Shown: positions 1 through 8,005 of the stretch, one piece after another
How positions within the stretch are numbered: the stretch's first letter is position 1
How the letters are laid out: every line of letters begins with the position of its first letter
DNA from: Eubacteriales bacterium
GTDB lineage: Bacteria > Bacillota > Clostridia > Oscillospirales > CAG-272
Length of the DNA stretch: 64,000 nucleotides
Reading direction: 5' to 3'
Assembly: GCA_045128275.1 (NCBI GenBank)
Contig: JBGVRH010000063.1
Coordinates: 1,739-65,738, forward strand
The notes under the pieces: model-generated
Database searches by the model: none
Seen by the model: the letters and a program-made list of their open reading frames with translations, nothing else
What the model was told of the DNA's origin: nothing
Position numbers and translations under genes: made by a program

Positions 1-135
1 GGTCATGTCCATCTGCTGGAGTGGAACGCGGCTGACATCCACGCCGTACTCGGAAAGGAGCTTTCCCAGCACCCCGCGGAGCTGGTCGTCATTGAGCTTC
101 AGGAGGCGGTCCAGGCTTTTCTTATCCAGTTGCAT
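1..135 (-). CDS. hypothetical protein, N-terminal fragment (gene runs off the left edge)
   Basis: Reverse-strand ATG at 133-135 (MQLDKKSLDRLLKLNDDQLRGVL...) preceded by a GAAGGGG RBS-like motif. Frame is open to the window edge. No family recognised. Confidence 0.35.
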   Translation of the reverse strand, partial: MQLDKKSLDRLLKLNDDQLRGVLGKLLSEYGVDVSRVPLQQMDMT

Positions 136-329
136 GATATACCCCTTCTGCCGCCGCAGGGATTACCGAGTCCCAAGGGGCGCGGCGAAAGGCGGCTACT
201 CTCATGGTATGCGGCAGAGAAAAAAGTGTGATTTCTTTGGAAAATTCATGTAAAATTCATGGACAAACCAAAGATTCCGTGGTATACTATACAGTGGAAT
301 GATATACACCTCACCGAAAGGAGACAGCC

Positions 330-848
330 ATGACCCTGCTGGTTCTCTCGGACAGCCACGGCCGCCCCGATCTCATAGAAGAAGCCATCCGCCGCGTCCG
401 TCCCGACGGCATCCTCTTTGCGGGAGACGGGCTCAGGGATCTTTCCCGCGTGGAGATCTCTTGCCCCCTGTGGGCGGTGGCGGGGAACTGCGATTGGCTC
501 ACCACCCCCCTCATTATAAACGACGGCGTGTTTGAGCCGCAGAACGAGGAGCTGATCACGGTGGAGGGTGTCCGTATCCTCCTCATGCACGGCCATAAGT
601 ACGGAGTCAAGAGCGGTCTCGGTCAAGCCGTCGCAAGGGCGGTGCAAAGAGACGCCGATCTGCTCATCTTCGGCCATACCCATATCCCTCTGGAGCTGCA
701 TCTGCGCCCCGACGGCGGCAGAGCCGACTTCTCGGTCACAAAGCCCTTGACCCTGTTCAACCCGGGAAGCCTGGGAGACCGTCACGCCTCCTTCGGCACC
801 GTCACGGTGCGGAACGGACAGCTTCTGTGCGGTCACGGGGAGCTTTGA
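330..848 (+). CDS. YfcE/MJ0936-type metallophosphoesterase
   Basis: MTLLVLSDSHG...FAGD...GNCD...LMHGH...FGHTH metallophosphoesterase motif series. AAAGGAG RBS upstream of the ATG. Confidence 0.8.
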   Translation: MTLLVLSDSHGRPDLIEEAIRRVRPDGILFAGDGLRDLSRVEISCPLWAVAGNCDWLTTPLIINDGVFEPQNEELITVEGVRILLMHGHKYGVKSGLGQAVARAVQRDADLLIFGHTHIPLELHLRPDGGRADFSVTKPLTLFNPGSLGDRHASFGTVTVRNGQLLCGHGEL

Positions 849-914
849 CAGCCCTACGGGCAAAAAAGAAAGACCGTCCCGCCCGTAGGCGAAACGGCCT
901 GACCCTGTGTTCGA

Positions 915-1223
915 TCAGTAATCCTCGGAAGCCTCTTCCTCAACATCCTCGACCTCGTTCTCGGCGTTCTCCAGTGCCTCATAGTAGGCCTCGATGACGG
1001 CCTTTTCCAGGGCGGCGCGGAACTGAGAATTGATGGGATGTACGATATCCCGGTAGGTATCGTCCGGGTTCTTGCGGCTGGGCATCACGATAAAGTACTT
1101 GTCTCGGGCATTGATGACCTTGATGTCGTGAACCGCCAGCTGACCGTCAAAGGTCACGGACACGATGGCCTTCATGGGGCCCTCATCAAAAAGCTTTCTT
1201 ACCTTCACATCAGTAATCTGCAT
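915..1223 (-). CDS. spoVG: septation/sporulation regulator SpoVG
   Basis: [11 protein letters not shown]...[19 protein letters not shown]...FIVMPSRK is the canonical SpoVG N-terminus. Start trimmed to the internal ATG at 1221-1223. Acidic C-terminal tail. Confidence 0.9.
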   Translation of the reverse strand: MQITDVKVRKLFDEGPMKAIVSVTFDGQLAVHDIKVINARDKYFIVMPSRKNPDDTYRDIVHPINSQFRAALEKAVIEAYYEALENAENEVEDVEEEASEDY

Positions 1224-1465
1224 ACATGTACCTCCGTTCCAAAATCCGCGTCGGCGGATCGGATGCTTCAAGTATAACCCAATTGCATGAAATCTATTTA
1301 AAGAAATTGGATATTTTTTGTGAATTTTTATTCGCCTTTTTGACCCGTTCAGTACCATTCGGCTAATTATTCATAACACATGCGCAAAACCGCCATTTTT
1401 CCCCAATAACGAGGATTTCGATTGGTTTTTCCCCGTCGTATACCGCGAAAGGATGGTCTTACACC

Positions 1466-2929
1466 ATGTCCACACCCAACACCCACGAGGGCTCTGCCCG
1501 CATCAACGCCTATCTGAAAGCCTGCGCCGACCAAGGCGGATCGGTATTTTTCATCGGCATCGGCGGCGTCATGATGTCCTCCCTGGCCCTGCTCACCGCC
1601 AGGGCAGGCTTCCCCGTCTTCGGCTCTGACCGCGCCCGCACCGCCGTCACCGATGCCCTCACCGCCGAGGGGATCCGCGTGCTGTACGGTCACGCCGCCG
1701 AGAACATCCCCGCGGATTGCGGGCTGACCGTATACACCGTGGCCATCTCGGAGGATAATCCCGAGTACAGAGCCTCCCTGGAGCGGGGGATCCCCTGCGT
1801 GTCCCGCGCCGACTACCTGGGAGCGCTCATGACCGACTACACCCGCCGCGTGGGTGTGGCGGGGATGCACGGCAAGAGCACCTGCACCTCCATGTGCGCC
1901 CAGATCCTTCTGGATGCCGAGGTAGACCCCACCATCCTGTCGGGGGCCACCTATGCCCCCATGGGAGGCGCGTACCGTCTGGGGGATTCCAAGGAGCATT
2001 TCCTCTTCGAGGCCTGCGAGTACATGGACTCCTTCCTGGACTTCAATCCCACCGTAGCGGTTCTGCTGGGCGCAGAGCTGGAGCACGTGGACTACTTCAA
2101 GGACATGGAGCAGATCACCGAGTCCTTCGCCCGCTTCGCTTCCCTGACGGGGGAGGGCGGAGTGACGGTGGTGAATCTCGACGATGACAACATCCTGGAG
2201 TCCGCCCGCCGCGCCCTGGAGCGGGGCAGGACAGGACGGCTGATCACCTTCAGCGCAAAGGGCGCACCCGCCGCCGACTTCCGTGCCGCCATGATCCGTA
2301 CCCGGCGGGGGCTCCCCTGCTTTGAGCTGATCGCCCATGGCGAGTCCTGGGGGCAGGTCACCATGGCCGTCCCCGGACGGCACCAGGTGATCAACGCCCT
2401 GGCCGCCGCCGCCGCCATGGATGCCTGCGGGATCTCCAAGGAGGCGATCCTGTCGGGTCTTGCCCACTACTGTGGGGCAGGCCGCCGCATGGAGTACAAG
2501 GGGACGGTCAACGGCGCCAAGGTCTACGACGATTACGGCCACCATCCCACCGAGGTCAAGGCCACCCTGGAAGGTGCCAAAGCTCTCTGCGGTGCCGAAT
2601 CTCAGGACGGCCGTCTCATCTGCGTCTTCCAGCCCCACACCTACAGCCGCACCGCCGCCCTGTACGACGAGTTCCTCACCGCCTTCGATGCCGCTGACAA
2701 ACTGATCCTCATAGACATCTACGCCGCAAGAGAAGACAATATCTACGGCGTGTCCTCGGCCGGGCTGGCTCACGACATCTGCCAAGCGACGCCCGACAAG
2801 GCCGACTTTTGCGCCACCCCCAACACCGCCGCCGAGGCGATCCGCGCCCTTGCCAAGGAGGGCGACACCGTGGTCATCATGGGCGCGGGAGACGTGATCC
2901 AGGTGACGGCAAGGTTGTTTGAAAGCTGA
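1466..2929 (+). CDS. murC: UDP-N-acetylmuramate--L-alanine ligase
   Basis: FIGIGGVMMSSLA N-terminal Rossmann motif, GMHGKSTCTSM P-loop, Mur ligase middle and C-terminal domains, typical length. Confidence 0.9.
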   Translation: MSTPNTHEGSARINAYLKACADQGGSVFFIGIGGVMMSSLALLTARAGFPVFGSDRARTAVTDALTAEGIRVLYGHAAENIPADCGLTVYTVAISEDNPEYRASLERGIPCVSRADYLGALMTDYTRRVGVAGMHGKSTCTSMCAQILLDAEVDPTILSGATYAPMGGAYRLGDSKEHFLFEACEYMDSFLDFNPTVAVLLGAELEHVDYFKDMEQITESFARFASLTGEGGVTVVNLDDDNILESARRALERGRTGRLITFSAKGAPAADFRAAMIRTRRGLPCFELIAHGESWGQVTMAVPGRHQVINALAAAAAMDACGISKEAILSGLAHYCGAGRRMEYKGTVNGAKVYDDYGHHPTEVKATLEGAKALCGAESQDGRLICVFQPHTYSRTAALYDEFLTAFDAADKLILIDIYAAREDNIYGVSSAGLAHDICQATPDKADFCATPNTAAEAIRALAKEGDTVVIMGAGDVIQVTARLFES

Positions 2930-2935
2930 ATTCAA

Positions 2936-3150
2936 ATTGCAGTTTATCGGTCAGAGACCGATAAACTGCAATTAAGGTAATAGGTAATAGTGAATAGTGA
3001 AGAGGTGAGGAGGGAAACCTTCGGTTTCCTTCATTTCAATCAAAAATGGACAGATCCGAAGGATCTGCACCTCCACTCTTCACTTTTCACTCTTCACTCT
3101 TCACTCTTCACTTCAAATTTGGGTTTATCGAAGAGCGATAAACCAAAATT
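2936..3150. repeat. nested palindromic REP-like intergenic element
   Basis: Outer hairpins built on TTTATCG-N5-CGATAAA (2939-2976 and 3116-3147). Inner inverted arms AGTGAATAGTGAAGAGGTGAGG / CCTCCACTCTTCACTTTTCACT with CTCTTCA heptad runs. Two small central hairpins (GGAAACCTTCGGTTTCC, CAGATCCGAAGGATCTG). Confidence 0.6.
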
Positions 3151-3176
3151 TACCCCTCCACGAAAGGATTTTTTCT

Positions 3177-4598
3177 ATGGTCTTTTCCTCCACCATATTC
3201 CTCTTCGGGTTCCTCCCCCTCTCCCTTCTGATCTACTATATCATGCCGCTGAAGGGGCGGAATCTGGCTCTGTTCCTTTTGAGCCTGGTCTTCTACGGCT
3301 TCGGAGAGCCTACCTACATCCTGGTGATGCTCTTCTCGGTCACGGTGGCCTACCTCACGGGCTTCCCCATCGGCAAGTACCGCGAGAGCGCCCCCAAGAA
3401 GGCAAAATTCTGGCTGATCCTGTCGGTCTGCCTCAATTTGGGCATGCTGCTGTTCTTCAAGTATACCAACTTCTTCCTGGAGAACCTGGCCCTGATCCCC
3501 CCGCTGGCGGATGTGATCCACCCCATCGAGGGGCTGACCCTGCCCATCGGCATCAGCTTCTACACCTTCCAGATCATGTCCTACTCCATCGACCTCTATC
3601 GGGGCAGCACCGACACCCAACGGAGCTATATCTCCTTCGGCGCGTACGTGGCCCTTTTCCCCCAGCTCATCGCGGGCCCCATCGTCCGCTACCGCGACGT
3701 GGACGATCAGCTCATCACCCGCGAGCATTCGGTGGACAAGTTCTCTACGGGCGTCAGCCGCTTTACGGTGGGCTTTGCCAAGAAGATCCTGCTGGGCGAC
3801 TCCCTGGCCGCCGTCTACGCCTACCTCGGCACGGCCTACGCGGTAGAGCCCACCACCCTGACCGCCTGGCTCATGGTGCTGACCTACACCCTCCACATCT
3901 ACTTCGACTTCGCGGGCTACTCCGACATGGCCATTGGCCTTGGGCGGATGCTGGGCTTTGAGTTTTTGGAGAACTTCAACTATCCCTACCTGGCCTCCTC
4001 CATCACCGACTTCTGGCGGCGGTGGCACATCTCCCTGTCCTCCTGGTTCAGAGAGTACGTCTACATCCCCCTGGGCGGCAACCGCAAGGGCCTCTCCCGC
4101 CAGATCCTCAACATGGCGGTGGTGTGGTTCCTCACGGGCTTCTGGCACGGTGCGGCCTGGAACTTCATCCTGTGGGGCGTGTTCTACTTCGTGATCCTAG
4201 CCCTGGAAAAGCTTTTCCTTCTCAAGTGGTTCGAGAAGACCCCCGTCACCCGTGCCCTGGGCCATGTCTGGGCCCTGCTCCTCATCGGGATCGGCTGGAT
4301 GATCTTCGACCACACCGACCTCACCGAGGCCTTCGCCGTCATCGGCGGTCTCTTCGGCATCGGTACGGTGGGAGCCGCCTCCCCCGTGGTGGGCTACGAG
4401 CTGCTCCGCGCCCTGCCGCTCCTGGCCGTTTCGGTGATCGCCGCCACACCCTGGCCCGCGAGACTCTTTGCCAAGCTGGAGGCCAAGCGCCCCGCCGTGG
4501 CCTTCCTCCGTCCCGTCATGATCGCCGCCGCTCTGCTCCTGGCCGTGGCCTACATGGTCAGCGGCACCTTCAGCCCCTTCCTCTACTATATCTTCTAA
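3177..4598 (+). CDS. MBOAT-family membrane O-acyltransferase (AlgI/DltB-like)
   Basis: Polytopic membrane protein with ISFYTFQ...FPQLIAGPI...FWRRWHISLSSWFREYVYIPLGGNR, including the conserved MBOAT His region. Confidence 0.85.
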   Translation: MVFSSTIFLFGFLPLSLLIYYIMPLKGRNLALFLLSLVFYGFGEPTYILVMLFSVTVAYLTGFPIGKYRESAPKKAKFWLILSVCLNLGMLLFFKYTNFFLENLALIPPLADVIHPIEGLTLPIGISFYTFQIMSYSIDLYRGSTDTQRSYISFGAYVALFPQLIAGPIVRYRDVDDQLITREHSVDKFSTGVSRFTVGFAKKILLGDSLAAVYAYLGTAYAVEPTTLTAWLMVLTYTLHIYFDFAGYSDMAIGLGRMLGFEFLENFNYPYLASSITDFWRRWHISLSSWFREYVYIPLGGNRKGLSRQILNMAVVWFLTGFWHGAAWNFILWGVFYFVILALEKLFLLKWFEKTPVTRALGHVWALLLIGIGWMIFDHTDLTEAFAVIGGLFGIGTVGAASPVVGYELLRALPLLAVSVIAATPWPARLFAKLEAKRPAVAFLRPVMIAAALLLAVAYMVSGTFSPFLYYIF

Positions 4599-4607
4599 AG
4601 GATCTGT

Positions 4608-5819
4608 ATGAAAAAAACCATCAATACGACGGTCACCGTCCTGTTCCTCCTCCTGATCTTCGGGTTCGGAGTGGCGTTCTGGGCCGTGCCCGATAACGGC
4701 TTCTCTCCCGAGGAGAACCGCCCGCTCCAGACCTTCCCCACCTTCTCCGCCGACGGCTGGCTGGAGGGTAAGGTCTCCTCCCAGCTCATCACCTACTACT
4801 CGGATCAGTTCCCCCTCCGCGGCACCTGGCTCGACCTCCATGCCTTCGGAGAGCTGGGCGCGGGGCGCGGAGAGAGCAACGGAGTTCTGGTCGCCCCCAA
4901 CGGTCAGCTGGCGGTGCGCCGCTTTGACGCTTACCTCTCCCGCTTTGAGCGGTTGGAGGACACCGACTACTACAGCCCCGACCACGTACAGCGGGGCCTG
5001 AATGCCCTGATCGACCTGGACAAGGCCCTGTCCGAGCGAAAGATCCCCCTCTGCGTCCTCCTGGCCCCCCGCACCATCGACGTCACCGCCGCCGACTTCG
5101 GCTACCCCACAGAGCTGACCGACGGCCTGGACGAGACCATTCGCCATACCCTGGGGGATGCCGGGGTCAACAGCGTGGAGCTGCTGGAGACCTTCCGTGA
5201 GATGCACGAGGCGGGGGAGTACGTCTACTACCGCACCGACCACCACTGGACCACCAAGGGAGCCTACGTGGCCTATACCGCCGTGATGGAGTCCTGGGGC
5301 ATGGAGAAAGAGATCCTTCCCTACGATGCCTTTACGGTCCGTGAGATCCAAGGCTTCTACGGCACCACTCACTCCCGTACGGGGCTTTCCTGCATCCCCC
5401 CCGACACCCTGGAGATCTGGGAGGCCCCCGACGATAACCGCTACACCGTCTTCGAGCGCAGCGGCGATGATATCAAGACCATCATCGAGTCGGGCTTCAT
5501 CAGCGAAAAGTACCTGTCGGAGAAGGACAAATACAGCGCCTTCCTGGACGGCACCCACAACTGCCTCTTCATCATCGACAAGGAGGCCGCCGAGAGGGGT
5601 GAGTCCCGTCCCCGCCTGCTTCTGGCCCGTGACTCCTTCGCCAACAGTATGGTTCCCTTCCTGGCCCGCCACTTCGACATCTGCATGGTCAACCTCACGG
5701 GCAGCGTGGACATGACCGACCTCTCCTCCCTCTGTCGGGAATACGCCTGCGGCCGCGTGCTGGTGGTCTGCAACCGAGAAAACCTCATCACCTCGGACTG
5801 CCTGACCCGCGTGCGGTAA
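4608..5819 (+). CDS. DHHW-family protein (AlgX/AlgJ-like partner of the MBOAT enzyme)
   Basis: N-terminal TM helix and a literal YYRTDHHWTTKGAY DHHW motif. Starts 10 nt after the MBOAT stop. Confidence 0.8.
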   Translation: MKKTINTTVTVLFLLLIFGFGVAFWAVPDNGFSPEENRPLQTFPTFSADGWLEGKVSSQLITYYSDQFPLRGTWLDLHAFGELGAGRGESNGVLVAPNGQLAVRRFDAYLSRFERLEDTDYYSPDHVQRGLNALIDLDKALSERKIPLCVLLAPRTIDVTAADFGYPTELTDGLDETIRHTLGDAGVNSVELLETFREMHEAGEYVYYRTDHHWTTKGAYVAYTAVMESWGMEKEILPYDAFTVREIQGFYGTTHSRTGLSCIPPDTLEIWEAPDDNRYTVFERSGDDIKTIIESGFISEKYLSEKDKYSAFLDGTHNCLFIIDKEAAERGESRPRLLLARDSFANSMVPFLARHFDICMVNLTGSVDMTDLSSLCREYACGRVLVVCNRENLITSDCLTRVR

Positions 5820-5881
5820 GCCTGACCCATCTCCGACTCCCAAGCCGCTTTTTCCGTCAAGGGGAATTTTAAAAAATCCCC

Positions 5882-5910
5882 TTGACAAAGCGGAGGATCT
5901 ATGCTATAAT
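5882..5910 (+). promoter_or_regulatory. sigma-A-type promoter for tRNA-Pro
   Basis: TTGACA (5882-5887), 17-nt spacer, TATAAT (5905-5910), 10 nt upstream of the tRNA. Confidence 0.55.
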
Positions 5911-5920
5911 ACATAAGTTA

Positions 5921-5996
5921 CGAGGTGTAGCGCAGGTGGTAGCGCGCCAGTTTCGGGTACTGGAGGCCGCGAGTTCGAGTCCCGCCACTTCGACCA
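5921..5996 (+). tRNA. tRNA-Pro (anticodon CGG)
   Basis: Hand-folded cloverleaf: acceptor CGAGGTG/CACTTCG, anticodon stem CCAGT/ACTGG with loop TTCGGGT (CGG, G37), T-arm GAGTTCGAGTC, encoded CCA. Confidence 0.9.
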
Positions 5997-6059
5997 AACC
6001 TTACTAATTCGAACGTTCGAAATTCAAAACGAATTGTGAACGGATTAGTAAGGTTTTTT
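5997..6059 (+). terminator. hairpin plus T-run directly after tRNA-Pro (supplied by the islet)
   Basis: AACCTTACTAAT...ATTAGTAAGGTT stem followed by TTTTTC. Confidence 0.6.
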
Positions 6060-6261
6060 CTTTATAAAGAATGGCTTATTGCGACTATAACTCGCTAACT
6101 TGAACATCCTTGGAAATGATTGGTTTTGTGAGGTTTATATTTTTTGTTATGAATTTTTATATACTAGCTCATATTTGCCGCAATAGATGAAATCAATCGA
6201 TATTCAGTCTCCATGTTCAAAGAAGGCACGTGTAGTACGTGCCTTCTTTGAATATGGATTG

Positions 6262-7179
6262 TTATTTAGCGTTATTTTTCAAATATTTTATTAACCAAGT
6301 AATTATTGTAACAACAATTCCCGAACAACCAACTTCTATATATCTATTTGTCCAAGTAGTTTCACCTGTTTTATTATCAATAATGATTGCAATTATCAAT
6401 AAAACTGCTAACAATGAGATGGTGATCACCGATGCAATTATATTTTTTTTGCAGAAATACTTTTTGAATTTTTCGTTTTTTTGTTCTTTTAATTGTGCTT
6501 TCAATTCCTCGTATTCATCGGATTTGCACATTCTACGTCGAACTTGTTCAAAATCTTTCTTCCAATCCTCATTTAGAACTGCTAGTTGCTCTTCTGTAAC
6601 ATTCAATCCTAAATCAAGAAATTTATCAGTATGTCCCGATACTGTAGGATTTTTGGGTTTATACGGAGTATCCAAATAATGAAAAACGACTGAAACAAAG
6701 GATTCACCAACTTTTATAACAATTAAATCCGATGATGTATTGTGGAAAGCAATAAGTGAATCACCGGAAAAATTGGGGCCGACCATTGTTCCAATATGTC
6801 CTAACCCTTTGGATACCATTCCTACTTTTGAATGATATGTACCACCAATATAACTACTCACAGATAATACTTCTTGCGTTTCAATTAGTGTGGTTGACAA
6901 GGGCAAAAGAATAATGTATTTTTCCCCCTTACTTTCAATAACTGCACTATCGCGAGCTTCTAGTTTGATCCTTCTATTGTGGCGATTGTCCTGTTTCAAA
7001 GAAAATTTTTTGTTCTTGTCTTTTTCCTGTTCATCAACAAAAATATCGTGAGAAATTGTTGTCCACGCAAATTCACTAGAACATAAATTTATTGAATTCT
7101 CTTTAATATTACTTTCTTTAAACGGATATATACATAATCCTTTTCCCAACTCATTTAATATATCATGTTTACTTAACAT
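6262..7179 (-). CDS. dCTP deaminase/dUTPase-fold protein fused to a coiled-coil and two C-terminal TM helices
   Basis: Start trimmed to ATG 7177-7179 (GGAG RBS). MLSKHDILNEL...I.P plus GPNFSGDSLIAFHNTSSDLIVIKVGESFVSVVFHYL aligns without gaps by eye to E. coli Dcd [36 protein letters not shown]. C-terminal helices IIASVITISLLAVLLIIAIII and CSGIVVTIITWLIKYL. Confidence 0.7.
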   Translation of the reverse strand: MLSKHDILNELGKGLCIYPFKESNIKENSINLCSSEFAWTTISHDIFVDEQEKDKNKKFSLKQDNRHNRRIKLEARDSAVIESKGEKYIILLPLSTTLIETQEVLSVSSYIGGTYHSKVGMVSKGLGHIGTMVGPNFSGDSLIAFHNTSSDLIVIKVGESFVSVVFHYLDTPYKPKNPTVSGHTDKFLDLGLNVTEEQLAVLNEDWKKDFEQVRRRMCKSDEYEELKAQLKEQKNEKFKKYFCKKNIIASVITISLLAVLLIIAIIIDNKTGETTWTNRYIEVGCSGIVVTIITWLIKYLKNNAK

Positions 7180-7362
7180 ATTTACGCTCCATTCAAATAA
7201 AAATTGAATTACAGTTTCAATCACATGATTTTTGGCGGTTGAAAACCGATTGGATTCAGAGCAATGACTTTTTACCTCAACACCCTGTTCCTAATATTCG
7301 TCATTTTCAAGCATATTATAACACATTTTATATTAAATGTAAATATTAGTGAAGAAAATAAT

Positions 7363-7615
7363 CCCGATTTTTTAGCCTTTCGTTGTGTCCAGTGTAGCAT
7401 AGGTGTCTCGCAGATGTAAACGTAAAAAAATATCACCGAAAAAAGAAAATAGATATAGAACAGCCAGGTAGCGTTACCTGGTTTTTTTCTATATCCATAA
7501 GCAATATTTTTTTGTGTACTGAAAGCAGTCACGACCTCTCGTTGACATCTGCACACCTCACTCGGAATGAACGAGATTACCTCCCGACCTATGCTCCCCT
7601 GACCCTGCCGAAAGG
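7363..7615. repeat. ~250-bp structured module, copy 1 (second copy at 39021-39275)
   Basis: Colinear similarity to 39021-39275. Shared blocks: CCTTTCGT..GTGTCCAGTGTAGCATAG, a central hairpin plus T-run (7463-7487), GCAATATTTTTT.GTGTACT, and CTCTCGTTGACATCTGCACA.CTCACTCG..CTCCCGACCTATGCTCCC.GACCCTGCCGAAA. Confidence 0.7.
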
Positions 7616-7876
7616 CAAAATAAAAAATCAGGAGGTAATCCAAAATGAAAAAAGTAGTTTACTCAGTAACAAGGTATTCTGCAGGCACCAGATTGGAAAA
7701 ACATTGTAAATCAAGAGAAAATACTGTTTTCCCGCCACAGTCTTTGGCTTTGTTTTGTGGGTCATCGTAGCCGTTCAACCAGGGTTGAAACGGTTGGTTT
7801 CGGGGATCTCTTCAAACTGCCGGTAACGTTTCTCCTTTGCGCTCTCCAGGTGCAGTTTGATGCTCGGCTCTGCCGA

Positions 7877-7906
7877 GCGGAGTTCAGAGTCCCACCCCTT
7901 CGACCA
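7877..7906 (+). repeat. degenerate duplicate of the tRNA-Pro 3' end (att-like scar)
   Basis: GCGGAGTTCAGAGTCCCACCCCTTCGACCA versus the tRNA GCGAGTTCGAGTCCCGCCACTTCGACCA. Confidence 0.65.
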
Positions 7907-7915
7907 TAAAAAAGA

Positions 7916-7954
7916 CAGGCGCGCAGCTCATCCCGAGCTGCGCGCCTGCTTTTC
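7916..7954 (+). terminator. GC-rich hairpin terminator (probably the original tRNA-Pro terminator)
   Basis: CAGGCGCGCAGCTC-ATCC-GAGCTGCGCGCCTG followed by CTTTTCT. Confidence 0.6.
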
Positions 7955-8005
7955 TAATTTTTTATTTACCAAAGACAGTCGGATACGTCAATTTTTCCGA
8001 TCCGA

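Larger units (their letters stand above)
5997..7906. mobile_element. integrase-less genomic islet inserted in the 3' end of tRNA-Pro
   Basis: Abrupt drop to AT-rich sequence right after the tRNA. An imperfect copy of the last ~30 nt of the tRNA lies at 7877-7906, followed by a GC-rich terminator. No recombinase ORF inside. Confidence 0.55.

Noticed and set aside
1367-2935. Long antisense ORFs opposite GC-rich genes: 1367-2935(-), 3150-4148(-), 4197-5888(-), 12007-14874(+), 15135-17516(+), 27227-30421(+), 51678-52502(-), 53352-57437(+), 57742-60456(+) and many shorter ones.
   Set aside because: They mirror a well-supported gene on the other strand, have Gly/Ala/Val/Asp/Arg-rich low-complexity translations typical of high-GC shadow frames, and lack RBS motifs and recognisable domains.
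7272-7643. 123-aa ORF (and 7512-7709, 39141-39326) overlapping the repeated structured module.
   Set aside because: Reading frames are not conserved between the two module copies. The ORFs cross a hairpin terminator and have no RBS.
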